The notes under the pieces were generated by a model, which made no database searches, was not told the DNA's origin, and saw only the letters and a program-made list of their open reading frames with translations. A stretch of DNA of 61,334 nucleotides from Promethearchaeota archaeon. Its GTDB lineage: Archaea; Asgardarchaeota; Thorarchaeia; Thorarchaeales; Thorarchaeaceae. Position numbers and translations under genes: made by a program. The DNA lies in NCBI GenBank assembly GCA_014728035.1, contig WJMJ01000045.1, positions 1 to 61,334 of the forward strand, read 5' to 3'. This document shows, piece by piece, positions 16,169-25,520 of the stretch. Numbering within the stretch: position 1 is the first letter of the stretch; every line of letters starts with the position of its first letter.

Positions 16169-17542
16169 TTATTCTAGTTTGTTTATTGTGAAGCCTGTCC
16201 ATACTTTTGGATGGAAAAATGTACTTTTTTGAGGCATGCATTCGAAATTACTCGAAACACTCTCAACCTCAGCAAGTCGGGTAGGATTCATGAAGAACAC
16301 TGCCTGAGCATCTTTCTTTACGGAATTGATGGATTGCTCTACAGCATCACCGATACCCTTGATATAGACAACAAAACCACCACCTTTCATGGTTCCTTGA
16401 GATAGTTTTTCTTTGTCTATGCCAAGTACTTCATCAAGTACCAGTTTATGAAGGATTGCTACATCTAGTTTTCGATATGCTTCTGACTTATCAGGCATCG
16501 CTTTATCCATAGCTTCAGTGCTTTTTAGAGTGAGCACATAGAATTTGCCATCATCCATGAAGAGTCCTAAGGAGTGTTTTCCATCTTTAAACTCTTTGTC
16601 CATCTGTGAAAACATTTCATCCTTGTTACTAAATTCAGCAATGTGGAAATTCTTTTTGACTCCATCAAGTAGCCTTGTCTTATCAAAGTCATCCAAGTTT
16701 TGTACGATTCTGTGAGTTGGGAGAATGACCAGACCAGGATTTGCAGTGTTTACAAAAGTTAGCATTCGATACTTGGCACTCTCAAGATCTGGATTGTCTT
16801 CAGAAAGCTTGAGTGCAGTTTTGTACCTGTGATGGCCATCAGCAATGATGACGTATTTCTCTTTCATATGATCCGTGATTTTTTGTGTATCTTCCGAATC
16901 AGATATTTGCCATATTCTATGACGTACATCCTCGTCGTCTGTGACATCAATGATTGCATCTCTCTTCATAGCTTTTTCAAGAATCGCGTCCACTTCGCCT
17001 TTGTGATCTGGATAAATAACAAAAATCTGTCCAAAGTTTGCCATAGCAGCTCTGCAGAGGCTTAATCTATCAACAATATCTTTTGGCAAGGTTTCTTCAT
17101 GTTGAAGAACTCCAGCAAAGCTTCCTGACTCGGGAGCCTCAGTTGCAAATTCTTCTAATTCGATTAATCCAATAAAACCGAATCGAAACAATTCATTACC
17201 ATCTATTGTGAAATTCCAACCATAGATGTAGAATGAATCCTTCTCATCTTGTTTAAGGGCTCCTTCCTCAATCCACTTGGATAGAAGGTCTCTTGCTCGT
17301 GTATATTGGTTATTTGTTTCAGTATCATCATCTTGAGGCTTGTTTTTGATTATCCAAGAGATATTATATGGTGATAACGACTGTAATTTGTCAATCTTCG
17401 CACCTTTGATAATGTCATACGGAGGTGAAACTACCTTTGACATATCACTAATCTTATCCTTGTTATACCTGTACGCCTTGAACGGTATTACGCGCACCAT
17501 TTTGTCTTTCTCCGAGGTCATGATATTCTTTGCTGACCACAA
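16169..17542 (-). CDS. DUF1015 family protein
   Basis: SPPYDII, QHEETLP, IIADGHHRY, ILPTHR and MPQKSTFFHPK. Confidence 0.92.
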   Translation of the reverse strand: MWSAKNIMTSEKDKMVRVIPFKAYRYNKDKISDMSKVVSPPYDIIKGAKIDKLQSLSPYNISWIIKNKPQDDDTETNNQYTRARDLLSKWIEEGALKQDEKDSFYIYGWNFTIDGNELFRFGFIGLIELEEFATEAPESGSFAGVLQHEETLPKDIVDRLSLCRAAMANFGQIFVIYPDHKGEVDAILEKAMKRDAIIDVTDDEDVRHRIWQISDSEDTQKITDHMKEKYVIIADGHHRYKTALKLSEDNPDLESAKYRMLTFVNTANPGLVILPTHRIVQNLDDFDKTRLLDGVKKNFHIAEFSNKDEMFSQMDKEFKDGKHSLGLFMDDGKFYVLTLKSTEAMDKAMPDKSEAYRKLDVAILHKLVLDEVLGIDKEKLSQGTMKGGGFVVYIKGIGDAVEQSINSVKKDAQAVFFMNPTRLAEVESVSSNFECMPQKSTFFHPKVWTGFTINKLE

Positions 17543-17673
17543 GACGCGGGTCTTTTTGCTTAATCATAAGTGTTTCTTTACGAATCTATTTTTCTATTAA
17601 TGTCGGAAAACGAATGATTTAAATTCCTTCGTACCTTCCGCACGAAAACTGACAAACTCGGTGGAGAATTACC

Positions 17674-17934
17674 TTGGAATTTTGTGATAAATGCGGTGCC
17701 CTAATGCTTCCTAAGAAGACGGACGAAGGTGAACTTGTTCTCAGATGTAGAGAATGTGGACATGAGAAAGATGTGGAGAAATCTGAATACAAGGTTGAGT
17801 ATAGAATAAAACATTCTCCCAGAGAAAAAATAATCGTTGTTGAAGGTGATTCTAAAAAACCCGGAGAGATGTCCGAGGACGAACGCCGTGAACGAAGAAA
17901 ACAAATATTGGAATTCTACGAGTCCGATGACTGA
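17674..17934 (+). CDS. TFS/RpoM-like protein with only the N-terminal zinc ribbon
   Basis: FCDKCGALMLP..LRCRECG..IKHSPREKIIVVE. No second CxxC and no acidic DE hairpin. Confidence 0.75.
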   Translation: MEFCDKCGALMLPKKTDEGELVLRCRECGHEKDVEKSEYKVEYRIKHSPREKIIVVEGDSKKPGEMSEDERRERRKQILEFYESDD

Positions 17935-18073
17935 TGATAGATTACTGCGAGCAATCTTTAAGTTAGTCTTCACATAGAGTATATTATAATGAAAGGACCG
18001 TATGCCTAATTGTTTCGTTTTATACTGATTTCAAACCAATATCACGGACCTTTGTAAAAGGGAGGTAAAGAAT

Positions 18074-18949
18074 ATGACCAAGAAGAAATTAGAGCTTCTT
18101 TACGATGTATCAAACTATGTTTTTGAAAATGGTGATGTCGCAGATAAACTGAGACTTGTTGCTTCAGACTATGATGTTTCTGATGAAGTAGTATCTGATA
18201 TACTGGATAACTTACGTGATTTGATGAATCCAGATGGTGGAATCCCTTTCAATTTGGAACAAGGAAATCCTAGTTCTGTGAAAGACACAGCTGAAATTCT
18301 TCATCTTCTGATAAAACTTGATGATTATGATAAGAAGATGTTATCGAAAATGGTAACCTTTCTTGTTTCTCGTCAAAAGAATGATGGAGGGTTTGCAGAA
18401 GCTCTGAACCTTGACGATTTGATTGAAGACAAATGGGGTGGCACAACTGGTAGAGAGTGGTATCCTGTTGGTGTAAGTGTAACTTGGCTAACAGGGAAGG
18501 CTTTAGAAGCACTGGTATTAGCTGGATATGATGATACTGTACGCCTTCGTAAAGCACGTGACTTTCTTTTGTATTCTCAATACGAAGACGGGCATTGGCC
18601 CGACTACAAAGGACAGGAGATATCCGATCCGCTGGGTACTGGGAATATCCTTCCAGCACTTCGAGTTATGGGCATAAATTCTGATCACAAAGTCTACAAA
18701 GATGCTCGTGCTGCTATGTTGCAACACATAAAGACATCTGTTAAGAATAAATCAGCATTAGATATGGTTGATTTACTAGCTGTTGGAGAACCCAAAGATG
18801 ACCTTGAGAGGAATTTGATAACCAATGCAATAGAATTGGTTAAGTCCTCTCAGAAAAAAGATGGTGGTTGGTCTCAACCAGGTTCGAAGAAGAGTGACCC
18901 TGAATTGTCATCTCTCCTCGCATATGTTGTTGCAAGAGTACCTTACTAG
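18074..18949 (+). CDS. Prenyltransferase/squalene-cyclase-repeat (alpha/alpha barrel) protein
   Basis: Repeated QW-like motifs: NPDGGI, QKNDGGF, QYEDGHW and QKKDGGW. Confidence 0.8.
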   Translation: MTKKKLELLYDVSNYVFENGDVADKLRLVASDYDVSDEVVSDILDNLRDLMNPDGGIPFNLEQGNPSSVKDTAEILHLLIKLDDYDKKMLSKMVTFLVSRQKNDGGFAEALNLDDLIEDKWGGTTGREWYPVGVSVTWLTGKALEALVLAGYDDTVRLRKARDFLLYSQYEDGHWPDYKGQEISDPLGTGNILPALRVMGINSDHKVYKDARAAMLQHIKTSVKNKSALDMVDLLAVGEPKDDLERNLITNAIELVKSSQKKDGGWSQPGSKKSDPELSSLLAYVVARVPY

Positions 18950-18963
18950 TAGATGATTCAAAG

Positions 18964-19461
18964 ATGTCAAAAACTGTATCTATTATGAAGAAGAATGATC
19001 AATATGTTGCCGGGATCTTCACAGATCTCGGACTTTTTTCTACTTCACTCCCACATAAATCGAAAAAAGACGCTATTGTTCACATTAATGGTGAAAAACT
19101 AGATATCATCAATACACCTGATCGTCTTGAAATATTAGACCTCGTTTTTCGGATTGAATCTGGGAATGAAGACGTATCCGTTTCTGGTATCAAATTGGAT
19201 TTCTCCGGTTTAACTGACAAACAAAAAAGGGTCTACACAGCACTTCTAGAAGTTCCACGTGGTGAGACAATCACCTATGGGGAACTTGCTGAGCTTGCAG
19301 GGATATCCCATGCTGCTCGATTTGTTGGAACTTGTATGGCTAATAATCGGCTTGGTCCTATTGTTCCATGTCATCGTGTTGTTGCTAGTAGTAATCTTGG
19401 CGGATACGGGCCTGGTTTGGAGAAAAAGGAAGAACTTCTTAAAAAAGAGGGAGCTATCTAG
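18964..19461 (+). CDS. ogt: Methylated-DNA-protein-cysteine methyltransferase
   Basis: VPRGETITYGELA, AARFVG, VPCHRVV and GGYG. Confidence 0.93.
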   Translation: MSKTVSIMKKNDQYVAGIFTDLGLFSTSLPHKSKKDAIVHINGEKLDIINTPDRLEILDLVFRIESGNEDVSVSGIKLDFSGLTDKQKRVYTALLEVPRGETITYGELAELAGISHAARFVGTCMANNRLGPIVPCHRVVASSNLGGYGPGLEKKEELLKKEGAI

Positions 19462-19558
19462 TTTTCGGTCGATTCGCGGATTGTTTTCTCATAAGCTTTT
19501 ATTTAGTCTATTACGAATATATCTTAGGGACCACACCTGCGCAAGGAGTGTTATATAT

Positions 19559-20026
19559 TTGAACTTGAAAGTTCGTAGAAATGGCGAAATTGTTGAACTT
19601 CGAAAGGTGGAGCTAGAGGAGCTTAGTCCTCCGCTCTATCGGACATTAATTGGCTATAACTCTCTAAAGCGATTGGGTTATTCTATTTCCTTCATTAGAC
19701 CAAAGAAGAGCTCTTCTGGGGATTTTGAACGAATTAGATACAACTTCATTGAGAGAGGGATCATTACCCGACAACTTGAGGAAGAACTTGAGCCAGATAT
19801 GAAACGTGGAATTCTGAATCAGCTCCCCAGGGGAGATTTCAGTATTGTTCTACTTTTGACTCAAGTACCACGTCGCGGTGTTAACATTAGATTGGATAAG
19901 TTTGAGTACGAGTTTCTGGGTTGTACACTGCTTAGAAACAATGAAGTACTTGACGTTGTAATGAATACTGCACCAACAAGAGATATCCTCATGCCAATGT
20001 ATGAAGAAGCCTTAGCTCCTTCATAG
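19559..20026 (+). CDS. Hypothetical protein
   Basis: The track ORF starts at 19259 but overlaps ogt. A TTG at 19559 follows an AGGAG RBS and is in frame. Confidence 0.65.
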   Translation: MNLKVRRNGEIVELRKVELEELSPPLYRTLIGYNSLKRLGYSISFIRPKKSSSGDFERIRYNFIERGIITRQLEEELEPDMKRGILNQLPRGDFSIVLLLTQVPRRGVNIRLDKFEYEFLGCTLLRNNEVLDVVMNTAPTRDILMPMYEEALAPS

Positions 20027-20032
20027 TAAAAA

Positions 20033-20191
20033 TTACAAATCTTGACTGAAGGGCGTCGACCTCTTTTCGAGTTCGGCTAGCTCTTCTCTCTTCTTCTTTG
20101 TTCTGTAAGAAGTTAGTCCTGCTCTACCTACTAGTAGAGCTAGCGGCACAATCCACCAAATTAGTATCCAAGTTAAGTCAAAAAACTGCAT
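20033..20191 (-). CDS. Unannotated 52-aa single-pass membrane protein
   Basis: Translated by hand: MQFFDLTWILIWWIVPLALLVGRAGLTSYRTKKKREELAELEKRSTPFSQDL*. Fills the intergenic gap and is below the ORF-track length cutoff. Confidence 0.6.
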   Translation of the reverse strand: MQFFDLTWILIWWIVPLALLVGRAGLTSYRTKKKREELAELEKRSTPFSQDL

Positions 20192-20287
20192 TCTATTTCA
20201 ATTCATTTAGTCCTTCTGAACAATTAAAAGTGGTGTCTTAGGCATTAGAGTCCTTTTTATCTATGTGGTGCTAGATAATCAAGAAGA

Positions 20288-21961
20288 GTGAGTTCGTTGT
20301 CCAGAAAAGCTAGAAAGATTCCACAACTAGTTGCATCCTTTGGAGAGAAGCAATTTCAAGATACAGGAGCTGAATTTGTTGAAGTACTTCGGCTAAAAAC
20401 TTCTACAATACGAAAATACTTCAAAAAACTGAGAGGCGCATTATTCTTAGTAGCAGTTATCAACCGCGATCGAATACGTGTATATTTCTTCAATCGCGAT
20501 GGAGTTATGATGATTGGTGAAAATATTGACTCGAGTAATTATGAAAAAATACGGAAGTCCTCAAAGCTTGTAACAAAATACGAGAAAGTAAAACCGCCAA
20601 CAGAAGAAGAATTGCGAATGGAAGCTACTGAAGAGCTACGGACCCAGTTATCAAAAGCAATTCGAAAAGTTGCTAGATTTCTAGGTGAAACAGAACCTGA
20701 TTTCCCCCCTGTTTTTGTGACAAAAGAAGAAATGGTCAAGGATGAACAAGATTTTGGTTTGATTCTAGATGATGACTCATTCATAATCAACGAGGATGTG
20801 ATAAGAACAAGTTGGTCAGAAGGTATTGCAATAAGAATCGGTTTTCTTCTCCTTCTTAAGAAATCAAAACGTTCACTGGGTATCAGTCAATGCTTGGGAA
20901 ATTACATTGCTTTTCATTTAGTTAAAGAGGCTATTCAATCACAATGGAAGGATATCTGGTTGAAGACCTCAAAGGAATCACCATTTCTACCATTAGTTAA
21001 CCACCTCATATATCACAAAGAAACCTATGATGGACGTTCAAGTCAATTATTGAAGTCAATATTGAATCAGATTAGAGATGATACAACTCTTCAAGACTGG
21101 CTTAAGATACAAGAGAGATTTCATTCATATGTTGAAGTGGACCTGAAAACATCTGAATACCATTCTATAACAGGTTTTTGTGCCACTCTCTCCAATCCTA
21201 GGAAGCTCTCATCAAAAAGGCATGTCTTAGAGAAAATCCATCTTGCACCACGAGTGATATGTAATACAGTTCCACTAGATATTACGTTGAGTATTGATAT
21301 CCATATGAAAAGTGTAGAAGATAGTTGGTTAGATATTGCACATTTTGATGGAACGAAGGCAAAGCATCTATTGATTCAGCAGGATGTTGGTCAACCAATT
21401 ACATCGTTTGAATATTATTTGAATCTTGAAGACATATTTCCCAAATCTGGAGGGATTATGCCTCGAGGTGATGATATTCTCTCATGGATTCTCAGAAAGA
21501 AACGAAGTTCAACTTTCACAAGTAAGATTGAGCAAGTCCCAAAATCTTTACCTACAGCTGAACATGCTGTACTAGAACGACTCGTTCAAGGCGAATTGGA
21601 GATTCTATCGAATAGTCTTATTGGATCTCCTAAACGAATTGAAACTCTATATACTGCTGGTGTGGTATCGTTCTGGCCGAATTTTAACCATATAGGGGTT
21701 AATCATGACTTTCTGGCAATTGGAAACTACACTGGCCTCAAAGAATGTGCAGAAATCGCTTCGCTTGAGGCAACAATCTTCAATACCGAAAATAATGCTT
21801 ATGGTATATTTGCAGCTCCCTGTAGTTGGAAGCAAGAACTATTTCAACAAGCGTCACTTAACGATATCACTATCTATCCAGTATTAAGAGCGAATTCAAA
21901 CAGAAACTTAATTCGTTCAGAAAACGTATTGCCAGCTAGATTATTTTCTTGGTCAAAATGA
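20288..21961 (+). CDS. Hypothetical protein
   Basis: 557-aa ORF with no motif recognised. Confidence 0.75.
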   Translation: MSSLSRKARKIPQLVASFGEKQFQDTGAEFVEVLRLKTSTIRKYFKKLRGALFLVAVINRDRIRVYFFNRDGVMMIGENIDSSNYEKIRKSSKLVTKYEKVKPPTEEELRMEATEELRTQLSKAIRKVARFLGETEPDFPPVFVTKEEMVKDEQDFGLILDDDSFIINEDVIRTSWSEGIAIRIGFLLLLKKSKRSLGISQCLGNYIAFHLVKEAIQSQWKDIWLKTSKESPFLPLVNHLIYHKETYDGRSSQLLKSILNQIRDDTTLQDWLKIQERFHSYVEVDLKTSEYHSITGFCATLSNPRKLSSKRHVLEKIHLAPRVICNTVPLDITLSIDIHMKSVEDSWLDIAHFDGTKAKHLLIQQDVGQPITSFEYYLNLEDIFPKSGGIMPRGDDILSWILRKKRSSTFTSKIEQVPKSLPTAEHAVLERLVQGELEILSNSLIGSPKRIETLYTAGVVSFWPNFNHIGVNHDFLAIGNYTGLKECAEIASLEATIFNTENNAYGIFAAPCSWKQELFQQASLNDITIYPVLRANSNRNLIRSENVLPARLFSWSK

Positions 21962-21966
21962 AGATG

Positions 21967-23979
21967 CTAGTCGCTAGAACCAAATATGTCAGAAACAAGC
22001 TGATCAGCTCCAGCATATCGTCTAGAATCAATTCCATCCATATCTATAACTGGTGGGTATTTTTCATTGAACTTTCGTGCAAATTCTCGAAGGAGATATC
22101 TCATATCAAATGTTTCTTCGTTACATATCAAGGTCATAATTCTTTCATCTGAATGTTCCATCATCACAGTGAAACCTTCATGATTGATAGACCTAAGAAG
22201 ACCTCCAAGTCCCATCATTTGCTTGCTGAATTGGTTGATTGCTGTGATAAAGCCTCCAATGATAGAGCTATCCATTTCAATAGTTGTGTCAAAATAATGT
22301 ACATATTCTGGGAGTCCTGATGATCGATTCAAAGCGATAATTGCATGAAGAAGAGGTCTCGGCACCTCTTTGATTTTCCCAGCTGGTTTGAATCCAGCTA
22401 TTCTATCCATAGTACTAGTGTACTTTTTGGGTTCGATACCACGCGTTCTCGCTTCAAATGCCTCGATACGAAGACAAGCTTCTTGTAATAATCGTTCATC
22501 TTCAAGAAATTCTGCGATTCCCAGTACTCGTTCAGCATCACCTTTTGCCTCGTTGATTTTTCCAGCAATAGTGAGAATATCAGACCTTATTACAAGAGCT
22601 TCTGCATACAAAGCTTTGAGACCTTGTTCCCCTGCAATTTGGATAATATCTTGTATGTGATAGGTTGAACTTGCGAGATACTCTTCATTATTTTCATTAT
22701 GATATGCTTTCAAATATACTCTTGATAATTCAAGTTTGGAACGTACGAGATGTTCAAATGCGACATTTTTCTTTGATAGTCGTACAACTGATTCGAGCAC
22801 TTCAACTGCACTAGTAAAATCACCCATTGCAGCTTCAAATACACCTTTTGAATGAAGATAAGCAGCTTTTTGTAAGGGCTTCTCAGAATGCTCTGCAATC
22901 ACCTCTGCTTTTTTGAGATATTCCTGGGCTTTTTTCAAGTTACCTTTTTTCACAAGAAGAATTACATACCATGTGTAAACCTCGATGATTCCCCGTTTCG
23001 TCTTTTCTTCTAATTGGATTCCCTCAATCAGATGTTTTTCTGCATCTTGGTACTTCCCAAGTATGGTTTGAATCTCTCCAAGATTTGCCAAGCTTACAAC
23101 CTTAGCTACATCCATTTTCATATATGCAAGGGCGGCTTCAAAATATTCAACTGCTTCTTCGAGACGCAATGAATTTAGTCTCAATGTACCAAGATTGTTT
23201 AGTGCCATTCCTAATCCTAGCTCGAAAGATAGTTCCTCACTTAGTTCTTGAAAGCGAAGATAGTGGTCCTCTGCTTCTGTGAATTCTCCTAATAGATTGC
23301 AAATATTTCCCCGCAAATTTTCGACAAGAGCTAGCATCATTCTATGATTCTTTGATTCTGCCATGTCTTCTAAGGTGTCCGTGATTCGTTTCGCCCTGTT
23401 TGCCTGTCCTACCTCTCTAAGTAGCGACCCAACAACATAGAGAGCAAACATTGTTTCTATAATTGGTTCTTCTACTTGTTCTGGATAGGTTTCAAGAAGG
23501 TTATCGAATTCCATTACACACATGATTACACTGGTGTCACGTTCAGCAGCAGCTTGCAGAACTTTCACAACACTGAGTCTAACAAGGTCTGAAGGATTGG
23601 AGTCATCAGATACCTTTTCTTCAATTGCTGATAATATCTGTCCCAAGCCATGTGTATCTGATAATACAAATTGAATTATTGCACGCAAAGATAAAATCGG
23701 AACTGTTTCAGCTTGTTTGGTAAGATCCAGAGCATCTGCAATTTTTCCTCTTGTTAGACATGCTTCTACTCCAGCAGCAACGATATCATAATTAATTCTC
23801 TTCTTTTTTATCTCTTTAAGGGAATATTCTATTGCAGCGTCCGTAAATGCCTCGAATTCACTGGGTTTGTTCTTTCGCAGTTCTTCTGCATTCTTGAGAA
23901 TCACATCCCAAGGAATCGATTTTACTGTACGAAGATGAGCAAATTCTGGCGGTATGTCCTCTAACTGCAAGTATTTCAC
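21967..23979 (-). CDS. TPR-repeat protein with C-terminal longin-like domain
   Basis: TPR motifs (ALNNLGTL, SLANLGEI, AYLHSKGV). C-terminal 'IIALNRSSGLP..DSSIIGGFITAINQFSKQM..LRSINHEG..LREFARKFNEKY'. Confidence 0.8.
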   Translation of the reverse strand: MKYLQLEDIPPEFAHLRTVKSIPWDVILKNAEELRKNKPSEFEAFTDAAIEYSLKEIKKKRINYDIVAAGVEACLTRGKIADALDLTKQAETVPILSLRAIIQFVLSDTHGLGQILSAIEEKVSDDSNPSDLVRLSVVKVLQAAAERDTSVIMCVMEFDNLLETYPEQVEEPIIETMFALYVVGSLLREVGQANRAKRITDTLEDMAESKNHRMMLALVENLRGNICNLLGEFTEAEDHYLRFQELSEELSFELGLGMALNNLGTLRLNSLRLEEAVEYFEAALAYMKMDVAKVVSLANLGEIQTILGKYQDAEKHLIEGIQLEEKTKRGIIEVYTWYVILLVKKGNLKKAQEYLKKAEVIAEHSEKPLQKAAYLHSKGVFEAAMGDFTSAVEVLESVVRLSKKNVAFEHLVRSKLELSRVYLKAYHNENNEEYLASSTYHIQDIIQIAGEQGLKALYAEALVIRSDILTIAGKINEAKGDAERVLGIAEFLEDERLLQEACLRIEAFEARTRGIEPKKYTSTMDRIAGFKPAGKIKEVPRPLLHAIIALNRSSGLPEYVHYFDTTIEMDSSIIGGFITAINQFSKQMMGLGGLLRSINHEGFTVMMEHSDERIMTLICNEETFDMRYLLREFARKFNEKYPPVIDMDGIDSRRYAGADQLVSDIFGSSD

Positions 23980-24119
23980 AATCTATAGTTGATTTTGGCT
24001 AGTATTGTTTATTGTGGTTATATACTCCCTTCTAAAATTTATTGAGTACACTTATCGATAGATTATTTTATTGATGTAATGTATTTTGCTCTCACGGGAT
24101 ATTTGGAGAGTCACATATT

Positions 24120-25508
24120 TTGTTAGATGGATTACAAAGAGCTGTGGAAGTTGGTCAGAAACTAGGTGCTTCTTACATTGAAGTCCGAGGACAATCTGGG
24201 TTCATTGAATTTCTACAGATGGACGATGGAAGAATAAATGCTCTAACTCAACGAATTGAGCATGGGATTGCAGTCCGGGTTCTTGTTGATGGTGCTTGGG
24301 GGTTTGTCAGTTCAGGCAACCCTGATGGTGCAGATGAAGCTGTGAAGTCTGCTTATTCAATGGCTAAAGCTGCTGCTCCAAGCAGAAGGGAGCCTATAGA
24401 GCTGGCAGAAGTGAAATCTTACCAGGATAAAATAAAGTCCAAAGTAAAAAGAGACCCTCGGGACGTTGATATTGAAGAAAAAGTTCAGTACATGAAAGAC
24501 TTAACAAAACATGTCCAGATGTACGATGAACGAATCTCAGCAGTAACTGTAAAAATTCGAAGTGCATCAGGAAAGAAATATTTGGTCACATCAGAAGGCT
24601 CTGAGATAGAAAGTCATGGCACTTTAGTTTGGGTTTATCCTTGGGTGTCTGGAAAGGAGAACACTCGATTGAGTGCAGCTAGATACGAAGAAGCATCAAC
24701 AAGTGAAGGTTGGGAATTCTTTGAAACATTCGCGACTCCAGAATACATTGGTGACAAAGTCGCAGAAAAAGTCAAACTGCAGCTTGAAGGTGTTCCAGCT
24801 AAGGGTGGTTCATTCCCCTGTGTTTGTGGCCCCAGGGTCATTGGAGTGTTAGCTCACGAAGCTCTTGGCCATCTTGCTGAGGCTGACTTGACAGTAAGTT
24901 CTGCTTTTGCTGGAAAACAAGGTGAAGTAGTTGCAGCAGAAGGTGTAAGTATGACTGATGATGGTACAATTAAAGGAGCTCTTGGCACAGGAAAGTTCGA
25001 TGATGAAGGTGTGCCTCCAAGCCGAGTAGAAATCATCAAGGATTCTGTACTTACTGAGCTCATGACTAATAGAGAGTATGCGAGCAAGATTGAACAAAGA
25101 ACAACAGGTAATGCAAGAGCTGAAAGTTATCTTTATCCACCAATTATTAGAATGCGAAATACCTTTTTCGAACCGGGCGATTTCACAAAAGAAGAGCTCT
25201 TTGAAGACATTGATTTTGGATACTATTGTGCTGATTTTCGCGGTGGCCAAGCCCAAATGAATGCCAGCTTCCAAGTTGGAGTACAAGAAGCTTATGAAAT
25301 TGTAAATGGTGAGATTGGTCGTCCAGTTACTGATCTTTCGATATCGGGAATAGCAACAGATTCGTTGTTCAAGATTGAAGGAATCGCAAAAGGTCCCTTC
25401 CCTTGGGAACATGGTAGATGCGGTAAGGGTCAAGAAGCATTTATCGCAGCTGGTGGACCAGATGTTCGTTTTGCAAAAGGCGGCATCACTTTTGGAGGAA
25501 AGAACTAG
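24120..25508 (+). CDS. tldD: TldD metalloprotease
   Basis: GIAVRVLVDGAWGF, HEALGHLAEAD, FDDEGVP, TGNAR, PIIRMRNT and CGKGQ. Confidence 0.93.
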   Translation: MLDGLQRAVEVGQKLGASYIEVRGQSGFIEFLQMDDGRINALTQRIEHGIAVRVLVDGAWGFVSSGNPDGADEAVKSAYSMAKAAAPSRREPIELAEVKSYQDKIKSKVKRDPRDVDIEEKVQYMKDLTKHVQMYDERISAVTVKIRSASGKKYLVTSEGSEIESHGTLVWVYPWVSGKENTRLSAARYEEASTSEGWEFFETFATPEYIGDKVAEKVKLQLEGVPAKGGSFPCVCGPRVIGVLAHEALGHLAEADLTVSSAFAGKQGEVVAAEGVSMTDDGTIKGALGTGKFDDEGVPPSRVEIIKDSVLTELMTNREYASKIEQRTTGNARAESYLYPPIIRMRNTFFEPGDFTKEELFEDIDFGYYCADFRGGQAQMNASFQVGVQEAYEIVNGEIGRPVTDLSISGIATDSLFKIEGIAKGPFPWEHGRCGKGQEAFIAAGGPDVRFAKGGITFGGKN

Positions 25509-25520
25509 GAGGTATCATTA

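Noticed and set aside
19259-19558. N-terminal extension of the 255-aa track ORF
   Set aside because: Overlaps ogt in another frame. A better RBS and start exist at 19559.
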